Position numbers and translations under genes: made by a program | The notes under the pieces: generated by a model | Databases searched by the model: none | What the model was told of the DNA's origin: nothing | The model's input: only the letters and a program-made list of their open reading frames with translations | Source of the DNA: Wickerhamiella versatilis | Lineage: Eukaryota | Length of the DNA: 64,000 nucleotides | Assembly (NCBI GenBank): GCA_030867685.1 | Contig: JAQOWU010000008.1 | Location: 744,001 to 808,000 of the forward strand | Direction of reading: 5' to 3' | Shown here: piece after piece, positions 30,886-42,348 of the stretch | Layout of the letters: each line of letters starts with the position of its first letter | Numbering within the stretch: the first letter of the stretch is position 1

Positions 30886-33800
30886 CTAACATAAGACCTC
30901 CATGGGCGTCTTATCCATTTGGAAAACTTGCCCACCGCCTATGACGTCGAGGACGGATGTCCACTCAAATTTGCCAGCGCAAAGATATATAACATCCACT
31001 TTAAAAACTGTCGATGAATGAGCAGGAACAGATATGGGACTCTGCAGAGTTCCAATATATAAAAAGTGCTCGTCTGTATCTGGAACGAGACGTAGCATAC
31101 CTCTCGCCGATTTGGAGGTCTTATTGCTTAATTCGACACTGATAGTTACCACCCTATCAACCTTAAAGGTTGAAGGGGCTTTCAGACATATATCCAATGG
31201 ATCTGAGCGTAGAATATCTGCCATTTTGCGGCTGAGTTGGATGCCACGTAACTCAACGCTACCGCTTCGGGAACCATCAAGTGTCTTCCAATTACAGTCA
31301 AGCTGTGATAAAAGTTGCTCCCGTAGCCAGAATATCTGAGTTGATTCTGCGCCAGTAGCTCTATCCAACACGAATTGTTTACTACCCAGCCTAGGTATTG
31401 GTCGAGACAACTGCTCTTGAGACAGATACTGCCAAGGCATCAGGACTAAAAATCTCTGTACACTTAGGCTTGGAATCATATGAGTGGTGGTCTCCAGTTC
31501 AGTCCATAGCGTCACTTCAAGCGTGTCCCGCCAAGAGTTTCGCAGGTCCAAGATGACAATGATTCCGCGAGGATCTGGCACAAAATCCACGCGATCAAGC
31601 TCTATGCTCGAATAAACCGATAGCTGCAACGGAATTCGAAGCCTTCTTAGAGCATTCTTAGATACTCCATGGTCAACAAGAATCGTTGCACTCGTTACTC
31701 CCCGCTTTCCCATCATAACGAACTCGAACTGGGCTGTTTTATGAGGTGGTATTTCCTCTATTTGGGAGATCAACTCGACTGCATGCCTCTTATAGAGGAA
31801 GTATTCGTATTCATAAAGTTCCGCTCTGGGTGTATCACTGCGGCTTGCTGCTTGACGAAGAGGTTCAACAGTGGAGTCTGTAAATCCAAATTGCAACATA
31901 TTCGAAGGCGTGTCACTCGAGTTATGCAGCTTTACAGTAAAGGGAATACGTTCTCCCTCAAGAAGCATTGCCCAGCCCTTGGAGATTGAGAGATATTCCA
32001 GTAACAGTATAGGCCTGGACGGGGAAACTTCGATATTTATTTCTTCTGGAAGAGAGTATTCGGACCCTCTACAGCCACTTATCTGAATGTAACACCCTGT
32101 AATCGCTAAGTTTCCTTCGTCTCCAACAACTTGCACATCAACAACTACTAGTGATTCAGCAGGAAGCATGACATCGCGAACTTCTGGACCAACTCTTTTT
32201 TCACCACTCAATATTGCAAGTGCGTAAACATGTACGTCAAATGCGAAAGGATTGCGTAGTGTGACTTGTGCTGTGGCAGGAATTCCCGCTTCAATGGCCT
32301 CTTTGGTGTCGAGTCTCTCGAATGGATTGTACATGAAATGCTTCTTCTGCTGCTTGGGAGCATGAGTTATCTGTTGCGTCTCCACATCGATTCCCTGTAA
32401 TATGTTGGGGTCCCAGTATGGGTGAGGATTTGCATCCTCTTTTGCTTTAATCAGTTGATGAAGTGCCATTTGTTCTTTCGCATCAAGCACTTTATATGCA
32501 CTTGTGAGCAATTGGGCTGCTAACTTCAATTGCAAAGCTTCATTGCCTATTCGACCTGCCAAAGCAACACAATTTCTCAGAGTCGTCGCATTGAGTGTAG
32601 TCCAATTTCCATATATTCCAGTGAGCAACTCAATGAGACTCACTGAAGGAATACCCGGTGCCCCTGCAGCTATTTTGGCAATGAGCTGCTCAGCAGCAAA
32701 CGCCCATTTTCTCCGTAAACCCAGACATGCATAGATAGATGCCGCACGAACCAGCACGTGAACCTGATTTAACAAACTTAAGCCACGTAGATGCAGCCCT
32801 AGGGCACTTTCTACCCAATAATCAATTTCCCTAATTGTTGGCGAGTTGCTTGTAATGGTGGGATTCTGTATTGGTCTGCCAAGTATTGCCGCAGATAGTG
32901 CTGTGTGTGTCCAGCCTCCACCTAGTCGTATAAACGTCATCAACGTAGCATATCTCAAAGTCGTATCGTGATAAATAAATGAGATTTCTTCGGAAGCAAT
33001 TTTAGGACGTTGCGTTGCCGTGATATCCACTTCAGATCGATTTGCCTCTAGCTCCTTGATTTTCACATCATTTGATTTTTTGTGAAGTTCAAGCACTGTA
33101 CGTGTCAATAGAGGTAAGAATTCCTCAAGTGGTTTCTGGGCAGCACCTTTTTGTTTTGTATCACCCATTATTGTAAGAACTATATTCGGTATTGCAGGCA
33201 GTGGTGCCTCAGAGAAAAATAGGAGTACAAAACAAACACCAATCAGTTCTAAAGCAGATCCAATCCATAAAGAATCATTAAATTCGCTCAAGCTCTCAGC
33301 AGAAGCTGAGAGATGATTTATGGCGTCTGGGAGCCTGCCGGCCATCAAGAACAAAGAGCCAATAAATTTCGAGGTTCTTGCACTCTGTTTCGATTTTATT
33401 TGATCGGCATTGTTCATCGATATGGAACCGTTACGACCAACACTGGGTCTGGCTCGATGCCTATGATTGACACTAATTTGCTTCTCATCGGGACTTTCAA
33501 AAAGCCCCATGCATCTTGTTATTGAGTACAGGGAAAGCTGAGCAAGGAACTCTGCAGTTACATTTGCTAGTGCCAGCTCCAGGCCGGTAAAGTTCGACTT
33601 TCTTATCTCAAACACATTAGGAATGTCACTGCTTCTTGGGGCATCTCCTGGGGTCTCAAATATCAAAATAACATGGCAAAGGCTGCGCGGATACTTTTTA
33701 CGCAGTTTTTGCAGCGCTTCAGATCTCTCGGAAGCAGGGAGGCCATTATCACTGGCGGCACCCACTACCAACAACTGCTGGCGCCACGGATCCAAATCGA

Positions 33801-34041
33801 AAAGCGGTTCCTCTACCTGGGGAACAACTTGTTTGGAGAAATCATATAATATTCTGCCATTTGGGTATCCTTTAGGACTGAAATGCGCACGTTCTGGAAC
33901 TGGATCCTCGCGGACGTCCTCCAACCATACATGCGCGGATTTCTGGAGTCTCTTGGTGTATCCGTCCAGATCTTCCCGCTGTAGATGCCCACAAGGTACT
34001 ACTAAAGATTTTACACGCCCAGGCGCTGCATAAAAGTCCAT
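30886..34041 (-). CDS. TRS120: TRAPP II subunit Trs120
   Basis: Motifs FSPKGYPNGRILYDF, LMAGRLPDA, DSLWIGSALE, YWDP, FMYNPF and LRNPF. Start placed at MDFYAAP. Confidence 0.9.
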   Translation of the reverse strand: MDFYAAPGRVKSLVVPCGHLQREDLDGYTKRLQKSAHVWLEDVREDPVPERAHFSPKGYPNGRILYDFSKQVVPQVEEPLFDLDPWRQQLLVVGAASDNGLPASERSEALQKLRKKYPRSLCHVILIFETPGDAPRSSDIPNVFEIRKSNFTGLELALANVTAEFLAQLSLYSITRCMGLFESPDEKQISVNHRHRARPSVGRNGSISMNNADQIKSKQSARTSKFIGSLFLMAGRLPDAINHLSASAESLSEFNDSLWIGSALELIGVCFVLLFFSEAPLPAIPNIVLTIMGDTKQKGAAQKPLEEFLPLLTRTVLELHKKSNDVKIKELEANRSEVDITATQRPKIASEEISFIYHDTTLRYATLMTFIRLGGGWTHTALSAAILGRPIQNPTITSNSPTIREIDYWVESALGLHLRGLSLLNQVHVLVRAASIYACLGLRRKWAFAAEQLIAKIAAGAPGIPSVSLIELLTGIYGNWTTLNATTLRNCVALAGRIGNEALQLKLAAQLLTSAYKVLDAKEQMALHQLIKAKEDANPHPYWDPNILQGIDVETQQITHAPKQQKKHFMYNPFERLDTKEAIEAGIPATAQVTLRNPFAFDVHVYALAILSGEKRVGPEVRDVMLPAESLVVVDVQVVGDEGNLAITGCYIQISGCRGSEYSLPEEINIEVSPSRPILLLEYLSISKGWAMLLEGERIPFTVKLHNSSDTPSNMLQFGFTDSTVEPLRQAASRSDTPRAELYEYEYFLYKRHAVELISQIEEIPPHKTAQFEFVMMGKRGVTSATILVDHGVSKNALRRLRIPLQLSVYSSIELDRVDFVPDPRGIIVILDLRNSWRDTLEVTLWTELETTTHMIPSLSVQRFLVLMPWQYLSQEQLSRPIPRLGSKQFVLDRATGAESTQIFWLREQLLSQLDCNWKTLDGSRSGSVELRGIQLSRKMADILRSDPLDICLKAPSTFKVDRVVTISVELSNKTSKSARGMLRLVPDTDEHFLYIGTLQSPISVPAHSSTVFKVDVIYLCAGKFEWTSVLDVIGGGQVFQMDKTPMEVLC

Positions 34042-34225
34042 GCGTCCTCCCACTTCTTCCTTACACTGCCTGACAAATTCAATGCGTGTGTGACAACCCA
34101 TATATTTACCACGCCAGCATTCTAATATCTTAGCATCCTGAGGTCTCATTCCTTCTTAAATCTATTGAATTTAGGTTTTATTGACCATGAATTATCCAAA
34201 GGTCCTGAGTCCCTGAACGACATTC

Positions 34226-34774
34226 ATGAATTGCGACTCGTTCCCAGAATATATGTATCCAAACTTGCGCGTAAAAGCGCGCAATCGTGCATCATACTAT
34301 GGGCGTCAAATGTGTGTCTCGGCGTTGAAGGCACTGTTTCTTGCCCGCGATCTCACGGAGGTTTTCAGCACACAATTCCATGACCGGACAATCGATCTCA
34401 TTTCGTCCACTTTACCACTGCCGTATCGTGTCGCCCGTTTCGTCAACAACTATAGCGACAATGATGCCGACGTAGAGGAGCTCAGAAAGGCATTTATTAC
34501 GGGGTCGTCTCTCAATTGGGATAGCCAAAAGGGTGTATTTACTGCGGCCACCATCCCTGCCACATGGAATGACCCGCCAATTATAGATAACTGCAAAGTC
34601 AAGAGATCTATTTCGCGCACTAGAAAGCAAAGGGCAAAAAGACAAAAAGTCCGTCGTCACTTCCTACGCAAATCTACACCTAGTGGCAACCCCGCTAAAA
34701 ACATAGGAACCGCTGGGTCTTACAGAAAGCCGAGATACTCGTGGTTTCGACGCACATCTAAGACGGCAAAGTAG
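34226..34774 (+). CDS. Hypothetical protein with a basic C-terminus
   Basis: 182-codon ATG ORF filling the TRS120-COG4 gap. No family recognised. Confidence 0.5.
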   Translation: MNCDSFPEYMYPNLRVKARNRASYYGRQMCVSALKALFLARDLTEVFSTQFHDRTIDLISSTLPLPYRVARFVNNYSDNDADVEELRKAFITGSSLNWDSQKGVFTAATIPATWNDPPIIDNCKVKRSISRTRKQRAKRQKVRRHFLRKSTPSGNPAKNIGTAGSYRKPRYSWFRRTSKTAK

Positions 34775-34987
34775 TTTTAAAATTGTCCTAATCATAGACC
34801 GTTATTTCGTACGACTTGAAATTGGTGTGTCCTACACATAAAGTAAACTTTTTCCCATATAATGTCGAATATAAAATTAAGTGATAACGGCAATAATACT
34901 TATAATAAAAATAATAATATATGTACGTATATATGTATCCTTTTGTAATGAGCACGACGGCCTCACTAAATTATATCTACAAGCCGC

Positions 34988-36991
34988 TCAAACAGTCGAT
35001 GTGAGCAGGCTTCGCATTTTCAAAATATCCTCCTGGCTTAAGCTAGGATCCGGAGTGGAATCGCTATCACTGATGACAGCGATAAGTTTTTGTACATATG
35101 CAAATTTTTTCCTCAGAGAATAGTTTGATTCCGCAACCGTGGAAACTATCTTGCCAATGTCTCTGTCAAGTGCAATTGCACCGAGTTCATTTATCTTTCC
35201 CTTTAAAGACCAGATCCACTGTTCTATGCCCTTAGCCACAATTTCGGCGGCCCTTTCGATTATATTTTGGAAAACAGAGTGATGCAACTGATTCCTATAA
35301 GGTTGCATAATGGCTCTCCAACGAGGGGCAAAACTCATAGACTGATAAGATTCTGGGTTCGACGGAGTGAGCAGGAAGTTCCCTTTAAATTCTGCACTAC
35401 AAAGATTCCTCAATTTCGGGCCAAAGGATCGAACCAGCCTCGCACAACCCTCATCCAATAACTCATCTGCGCTCACGCGAAATCCCGTCGTCATCTTCTC
35501 TAGGCCTTTATAAGGCGAAGTTATACGTATGATACACTCAATAGAAGTCTGTATGTTATTGAGATAGACACAATGGTCTTTTTCTGATGCTTCGTTCAGT
35601 TTTCGCTGGCTAATTCCAAGATAGTCACTTTCTAGAACACGACGAAAGCTCTGGGAAACTTGTTCACAGATTATACTGTTGCCAGTATCCAGAGCTTGGA
35701 TAAGAAGGGTATTGAGAACATACATGACATCATCCACGATTGATGAGGTCACTGGCTCGTCATGATTCTGAAAATTATCCCTTGGAATTGCATCAAGCCT
35801 AATTGCCTTTTCAACTGATCTCCGAAATACATAGAGTGTTAGAGTTGAATAAGTAGGTACAAGCAATTCTGTGACTTTTTTGTAAATAGAACTCTCATCT
35901 AGGTTGGCTTTAGCCTCACTCCACCGGTCAGTTATAAACTGCTGGTAAAGAGACCACCTACTGATGAGCAAAGATAGCTCGGCAATATCGTTTGATGCTT
36001 GCAAAAATTCTTCTTCTGTTTCATTTGGCAGCGTTATATTCGTGTCAAGGTTTCCTGTGAAGGCCTGAACCAGAAAAGGATAGCTATAAGTACGACAGTC
36101 TGCCAACACCCTTTCCAACCTGCGTTCATCCCATAGTGTATCAATTATGAGACAACCTTGTGAATCTATTTCTGACTGTATTGCTTCCAAAACCACAGGC
36201 ATAGCATTACCATAATTCTTCTCAACTATGGGTGCATGTTGCTGAACGATCATAGCAAGATTTTCAAACAGACGGGACATTGCAAGTCCATATATTTTAG
36301 GATTGGAACTATCAAGTCCCCTGATAAGCGTTCTACTGGTCCCTGCAATTATTTGGCGAACGAAAGAGGAGTATTTCATTAACCCGGTCTTCGCATCCCC
36401 GATCAACGGAAAAAGCTTGAAAAATCGTGTTACTTCACTCATTTGCCGCTCCTTGGTGGCATTATCAAACTTTTGAGCGAAAAGTTTAGACATTTGCTCG
36501 CAGGATGCCGTGAGTATGTCGTTCGGAGGATCTGGTAATTCTGAACTCGGAACCATCTTTCCCGCGAAAGCCCCAAGACGAACCTCCTCGCGAATAGCTC
36601 GGGCCTTGGAAGCGGCTACTGCTGCCCGATCCCAATCTCCCACATCCATAGCCCCACGAATCGAGCTGATAAGCTCTCTGAAATCAGCTGTGTCATTAAC
36701 ATACTCCCTAAGGATACGAGCACGCTCCCAGTTAACTCGAGCAGCGGTGAGACGATGTAAAACATCAGATGCTCCACTGGAAGTGGCGTTCAAGAGCGTA
36801 TCCAGAGCGGAAATAGGTATAAAAGCAGTATCCAGCTTGGCTCGCATTCCACTGACATTTGCTACTTGGGCATCTGCATTGGTATCAGAAACAAGTTCCC
36901 TGGAAAGCCGCATTTTTTCGCCTATCCTCAGCTCCAAAGCACCCAGCTCCCGCTCAAGCTCGACCCTCGAGCCACATGATTGCAATCCCAT
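34988..36991 (-). CDS. COG4: COG complex subunit 4
   Basis: Motifs RFFKLFPLIG, SSIVDDVMY and NELGAIALDRDI. Confidence 0.9.
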   Translation of the reverse strand: MGLQSCGSRVELERELGALELRIGEKMRLSRELVSDTNADAQVANVSGMRAKLDTAFIPISALDTLLNATSSGASDVLHRLTAARVNWERARILREYVNDTADFRELISSIRGAMDVGDWDRAAVAASKARAIREEVRLGAFAGKMVPSSELPDPPNDILTASCEQMSKLFAQKFDNATKERQMSEVTRFFKLFPLIGDAKTGLMKYSSFVRQIIAGTSRTLIRGLDSSNPKIYGLAMSRLFENLAMIVQQHAPIVEKNYGNAMPVVLEAIQSEIDSQGCLIIDTLWDERRLERVLADCRTYSYPFLVQAFTGNLDTNITLPNETEEEFLQASNDIAELSLLISRWSLYQQFITDRWSEAKANLDESSIYKKVTELLVPTYSTLTLYVFRRSVEKAIRLDAIPRDNFQNHDEPVTSSIVDDVMYVLNTLLIQALDTGNSIICEQVSQSFRRVLESDYLGISQRKLNEASEKDHCVYLNNIQTSIECIIRITSPYKGLEKMTTGFRVSADELLDEGCARLVRSFGPKLRNLCSAEFKGNFLLTPSNPESYQSMSFAPRWRAIMQPYRNQLHHSVFQNIIERAAEIVAKGIEQWIWSLKGKINELGAIALDRDIGKIVSTVAESNYSLRKKFAYVQKLIAVISDSDSTPDPSLSQEDILKMRSLLTSTV

Positions 36992-37335
36992 GCTTACGTG
37001 CCCACGCCGACAAATGCTCGTGAACGTGTATCCTTCCTAAAGAGAGTCAGTAAAGCACATGAACGAGATTCTGGTAATATCGTGACCTAAAACGCCTTTT
37101 TTTAGGGCTATTCCTCCTCTAATCAGAAAAAAATGCATAAACAAAAGAAACCTTGACCAAGCAAGTCGTGTTACCTGCATGTTTAAGTAGCATCGTAAGA
37201 ACAGACTGCTAATTTTTGCTGCCCCTATTCCGTGGTGGCAAATGTAAATTCTGGAACTCGCCAATGGCTTGGTATATGAGAATCAACTTGGGTCTGAGAT
37301 AGGCTCTCTTGCTGACATACAATTTTTTGGGCCTC

Positions 37336-37953
37336 ATGTCAATTGTTGTGTTGATTTCCGGAAATGGGTCAAATTTGCAAGCACTCATTGATGCTAACCT
37401 ACCTGCTCCCATTTCACATGTAATATCGAGCTCATCCGATGCCTATGGACTCCAACGAGCTCACAAGGCTGGTATCCCAACATCTGTACATTCTTTGAAA
37501 ACGTATTACAATAATGTTCCTGTGTCGAACAAGGCTGAACGGCGGAGTAAGCGTCAAATATTTGACCGTGATCTTGCAGATATAGTCATTGCATTAAAGC
37601 CGAAACTAGTGGTTTGTGCCGGCTGGATGCTCATCCTTTCCCCGATATTCCTTGACGCAATTAGTGAAGCTGGTATCTCAATAATTAATCTTCATCCAGC
37701 GCTTCCTGGAACATTTTTAGGCCTTAATGCCATTGAAAGAGCATGGGAAGCTGGCCAACGCGGTGAAATCACAGAAGCGGGCCTCATGATCCACTATGTA
37801 ACGGCAGCTGTGGATGAGGGCGAATCTTTGGTGGTCAAGAAATTAGCGTTGAGCAAGGACGAGCCACTAGAAAAATATGAGGAAAGGCTGCATGCTGCGG
37901 AGCATGAAGCAATCGTTGAAGGAACAATAAAAGCTTATAATTCCATTCACTAA
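37336..37953 (+). CDS. ADE8: Phosphoribosylglycinamide formyltransferase
   Basis: Motifs VLISGNGSNLQALID, CAGWM, INLHPALPG and VDEG. Confidence 0.95.
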   Translation: MSIVVLISGNGSNLQALIDANLPAPISHVISSSSDAYGLQRAHKAGIPTSVHSLKTYYNNVPVSNKAERRSKRQIFDRDLADIVIALKPKLVVCAGWMLILSPIFLDAISEAGISIINLHPALPGTFLGLNAIERAWEAGQRGEITEAGLMIHYVTAAVDEGESLVVKKLALSKDEPLEKYEERLHAAEHEAIVEGTIKAYNSIH

Positions 37954-38009
37954 GAACGGTGATAAAACTACGTACTTAGATATTACGGAAACTATATAAT
38001 CTGGAAATT

Positions 38010-38777
38010 TTAAGCATCCACCTCCATTGCCTCTGGCTCCACGGCCGTTGATACAAATGGCGTAGTCCCTAAAGGATACTTGTAAGATTTTTGCTTTTCG
38101 AGACGCTTATTGGGCTGGCGGTATCCTCTTGTAAGACGTGCAGGCTGGCCCATTTGCATCACACAGACGTCGACATTCGAGCCACTTCCCAAATCGTTAA
38201 AAATCCCTGATTCAATGGCGTTTGCACACAGATTTATGGCCTCTTCCTTGGTCAGATTATCATGCCATTGCGATTCCAGGACCGACAACGCACCCATGGA
38301 ACCAGATCCAAGTGACATGTAAGGCCCTACATCGGTGGAACCATGGGCTTGGATTGAGAAAAGGTGAGCGCCTGTTGGATCTACGCCAGCGAGGATCAGA
38401 TAGGCGCCCACATACCCCTGGTATCTGAACAAATGCTGCTTCAAATGTGTTAGTGCCGCCACTACTCTAGGCTTACGCCCTGTCCACTGTGAGTGCAGCT
38501 CCAGATTCGAAGACTCAAGCTCCGTGACTTTATCATTATCTGCAGCAGTACCCGCCCCTGCACACCAAATTGTAGGTGCAAGACAGTGAAGCTTCGCGCA
38601 GTTTTTGTCGGCCACTATAGACCCTGCTGTGGCCCGCGTATCTGCAGCTATAACGACACCATCAACAAACTTACAGCCAACGATGGTCGTACCTGTCGAT
38701 GTCGTCTTCGGAGGCGCCACTCCAGCCGCTATCAAAGCCTTGTTGCGGCGATAGTTGTCGAAGCCGAGGCCAGCCAT
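38010..38777 (-). CDS. PUP1: 20S proteasome beta-2 subunit
   Basis: Propeptide MAGLGFDNYRRN, cleavage site TG/TTIVG, and GIFNDLGSGSNVD. Confidence 0.95.
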   Translation of the reverse strand: MAGLGFDNYRRNKALIAAGVAPPKTTSTGTTIVGCKFVDGVVIAADTRATAGSIVADKNCAKLHCLAPTIWCAGAGTAADNDKVTELESSNLELHSQWTGRKPRVVAALTHLKQHLFRYQGYVGAYLILAGVDPTGAHLFSIQAHGSTDVGPYMSLGSGSMGALSVLESQWHDNLTKEEAINLCANAIESGIFNDLGSGSNVDVCVMQMGQPARLTRGYRQPNKRLEKQKSYKYPLGTTPFVSTAVEPEAMEVDA

Positions 38778-38811
38778 ATATATGCTTATGTAATTATGAA
38801 CAGTGTCGCCA

Positions 38812-38814
<3 letters not shown>

Positions 38815-38842
<28 letters not shown>
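38815..38842. repeat. (AT)14 microsatellite
   Basis: Perfect AT dinucleotide run 37 nt upstream of the PUP1 ATG. Confidence 0.95.
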
Positions 38843-38848
<6 letters not shown>

Positions 38849-39143
38849 TGTGGCAGTGACGGAGGGGACCACAATAGTTGGCTAGCATATAATTGAGTGA
38901 GGAATCCAAAGATTATCCTTGAATTTCTTGCTGAAAGAGCTCCATAACTGTCGACACCTAAATCCCTTTCAATATATATCTAGATATATGTTTCCTTGAG
39001 ACTGCTGAATTCTTCGTTCGCCATACTTTATGTAGTGCTAACACACCCTTTTACAACAACTATTACTTGCGAATACATCCTATTTTGCTACAGGGAGTTT
39101 TAGAGAGGCTTATGTGATCCACAGGATAGACCTTAACAGCTCT

Positions 39144-39620
<477 letters not shown>

Positions 39621-40073
39621 TCAATTGAGCCAGCTCTAATGAGAAGTACTGTTGAGTCAACCTGTCTGACCAAGGGGGGCGGGCAATCCTTATATACTCC
39701 CATTGCTCTAGGTGGCGACTCTGACCCTAGCCCTAGAGCCTTGTTTGGGCACGTTCACGCCACAGGATGCCATCATGAGGGGATTCAGTAGCCCAATTCT
39801 GGGCTTGTTTCGGACTTAAACCCCTCAATTTTCATATATATTTACAATTTTATCAGTATGTAAATCCTTAGGGCCCTTGGACAGTTATAGAACAAATAGA
39901 AATAGTACGTGCATGCTATGGTCCCCACCGATGAGGTGGGTATGATTAATCAAAAGATAGGCTTGCCATCTGGCCATCGTGTCTGCAACGACATCTGAAC
40001 ACGGTCTGAAAACAAAGTTTTTCTACTTTCTATGCTATAATTGATCTTTTTAACGTTAGAAAATGAGTGCTTT

Positions 40074-42173
40074 CTAGTGATACAGTGTTACATCATCATT
40101 CAAGGAGATAACGCTATCGGCACCCAGACAGCGAGCCTGCATGTGCCGTCCAAAGAGCAGCTTTCCGTCTATTTTGCGATGCTTGCACAGCTGCATATAT
40201 GGATAGGGGTCGGTGTGGCCATTGGAAGTCACGCACACCATATTACAACGCCTACATGCCCCTATCAGGTCAAATATGGCACTTCCAATCTTAATTGACT
40301 GAATGTCATCCTCGTCCCAAGGACGCGGCATATTCAAAACGATATTTGCCCTGAATACACCTACATCGGAGAGACCAAGCTGAGATGCACTTGTTTCGTT
40401 TATGAGAAGGAAGGGGCTCGAATTTGCCAACGTATGATTCTCCTGATCTTTGAAGAACCGGGTCTGGCCTGGCGCTACCTTCGCAATGGTACAGGGGGTA
40501 CCAATTGAATCGCTCAGAAATGAACAGATCTCCGGATCCAAATTAACAATTAGATGTGCGTCAAGATTTGTGCACACGTGGTTTTTAGGTTCATTCCCAT
40601 AGGTTCTCTGTTCCCATTGAGCACAGTCCATGCTCAACTTGACCTTTTTATGTCCATAGGTCAAGATAAGAAATTGATCGACTATTCGAGGAGCCAAAAG
40701 CGCCATCTTCGGGTGACGCTTGAGAGATAGCGCTTTTCCTGTACTCGTACTGATTAAACAAAATTCCCTATCATGCTTAAGACCATCACCAAAGACTTGA
40801 GACTCTGTTACTTGCAAAGCACGACACGATTTTACAGGGTAAATGAAGAGGCCAACCACATGGGCTGCATTGCCCTGAGGGCCAGGCTCTGGTATAGTTT
40901 CCACATGTCTGATTTTATCGATAAATTCCATCAGTGTATTCACGTCAGAAATACTTGAATAAGGACCAAAACTGATGCGGATTACTCCCGTATGATTCCC
41001 ATTTAAAATATCGACATCGTCGTTACATGTCTTTCCATATTTCCTGTGGTTTTCCTCTATGATGCTGTCTGGGATATTCATGCGTGAAGAAAATGCTCCA
41101 ATATTACACAGGGTGCCTGCCCTAACATAAATACCTGCCTCAGCAGCTGCGTTAGCGAATTCATTATGGCCAATAGAGCGAAGGTTGAATGCAATGATAG
41201 GAGAGGGTTGATCGAAGTCACTGATCAGGTCACAGTCGGATATTTCTCGGAGTTTCGATTTGCAATATCCAGCTATCCTTTGCGTATGAGTCGATATAGC
41301 TTCCCAAGAATGAAAAATTCGTTCGAATTCCCGGATAGCCACCCCCAACATAGCTATGGTATGAAACGGAACTGTACCATCCTCCAGGCTTGCTACTAAG
41401 TCACTATTGCGAACCATCAATCCAGAGGGCCCAGCAGTGATAGCCGCCACAGTACCACCGCCAGCATATCGTCTGTGGGTAAAATACTCGCGGGTGGAAT
41501 CCGACTTACGAATGAGTAGTCCTCCAAGATCTGGGAATCCAAGTATCTTATAAAAAGAAATGGACGCAAAATCAGGCTTTATTTTCCGGAAGTCAGGCCA
41601 TGACGTACTGCAATAAGCAGCGATATCAAGCAGAGTAAGTGCATTCGACTGAGATGCATTGTCCAACCAATTTTGGGTTGGGTATATTTTTCCATCAAAG
41701 TTAGACATCATCGGCCACGATATTACCGACCCTCTTGGATAATTTCCAGGAACAATTTCGTCGACAACTGACCAGCTTTTTGCTAAGCCTCTCAGGCCGA
41801 CAATTGATGTATGCGAGTCTTTAAGATATACAAAATTTCTTTCATGGATACATTCACCAACCAATTTTATTGCTGCGGTTGAGTTTGCAGTGAAAACAAG
41901 GTCATATTCTGTATAATCTACACCAAGTAAGGAAAGAACCCGTGCCCTCGTATCGTCAATTAACTGAGCAGTTTCCTTGGATAGACGAGAATTGGAATGG
42001 GGGTTCACCAAAATCCTCGTGGTCAGCATCTTGGTAGATTCCTGGACGAGTGAATTAGCGCACATTGGAGACGCGGCATTGTCAAGATATGCCCGTGGCA
42101 AATTGGGATACTCCTTCTCTCTGATTTCTGAAAGCTTCCCATCATAATCATCCCTAACACCACTGTGTACCAT
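40074..42173 (-). CDS. Molybdenum cofactor sulfurase (HxB/ABA3/MOCOS family)
   Basis: NifS-like domain (YLDNAA, NPHS, SFYKILGFP, EDGT, RAGTLCN) plus MOSC domains (IYPVKSC, DREF, FRANI, CRRCNMV). Confidence 0.9.
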   Translation of the reverse strand: MVHSGVRDDYDGKLSEIREKEYPNLPRAYLDNAASPMCANSLVQESTKMLTTRILVNPHSNSRLSKETAQLIDDTRARVLSLLGVDYTEYDLVFTANSTAAIKLVGECIHERNFVYLKDSHTSIVGLRGLAKSWSVVDEIVPGNYPRGSVISWPMMSNFDGKIYPTQNWLDNASQSNALTLLDIAAYCSTSWPDFRKIKPDFASISFYKILGFPDLGGLLIRKSDSTREYFTHRRYAGGGTVAAITAGPSGLMVRNSDLVASLEDGTVPFHTIAMLGVAIREFERIFHSWEAISTHTQRIAGYCKSKLREISDCDLISDFDQPSPIIAFNLRSIGHNEFANAAAEAGIYVRAGTLCNIGAFSSRMNIPDSIIEENHRKYGKTCNDDVDILNGNHTGVIRISFGPYSSISDVNTLMEFIDKIRHVETIPEPGPQGNAAHVVGLFIYPVKSCRALQVTESQVFGDGLKHDREFCLISTSTGKALSLKRHPKMALLAPRIVDQFLILTYGHKKVKLSMDCAQWEQRTYGNEPKNHVCTNLDAHLIVNLDPEICSFLSDSIGTPCTIAKVAPGQTRFFKDQENHTLANSSPFLLINETSASQLGLSDVGVFRANIVLNMPRPWDEDDIQSIKIGSAIFDLIGACRRCNMVCVTSNGHTDPYPYMQLCKHRKIDGKLLFGRHMQARCLGADSVISLNDDVTLYH

Positions 42174-42348
42174 GTGGAAACATGCGAATTTTCAACCGCT
42201 CGTCAGTCGAATCAATATATAAGCTAGTTTTCGAATTATCTCTGTATTAGCTAAGCAAAGAGACCGGCCGAGGAGGCAGTTTCTTGATGTAATGAATTAT
42301 TAATTAGTTTGTTTACACAGCGCGCAGCGGCTTCTGACATTCATTCAT

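Noticed and set aside
38778-38909. N-terminal extension of PUP1 (IYIYIY) in the ORF track
   Set aside because: It reads through the AT microsatellite. The conserved propeptide starts at 38777. Similar over-extensions were trimmed for the subtilisin, POP1, TRS120, UBA2, KIP2 and PEP4.
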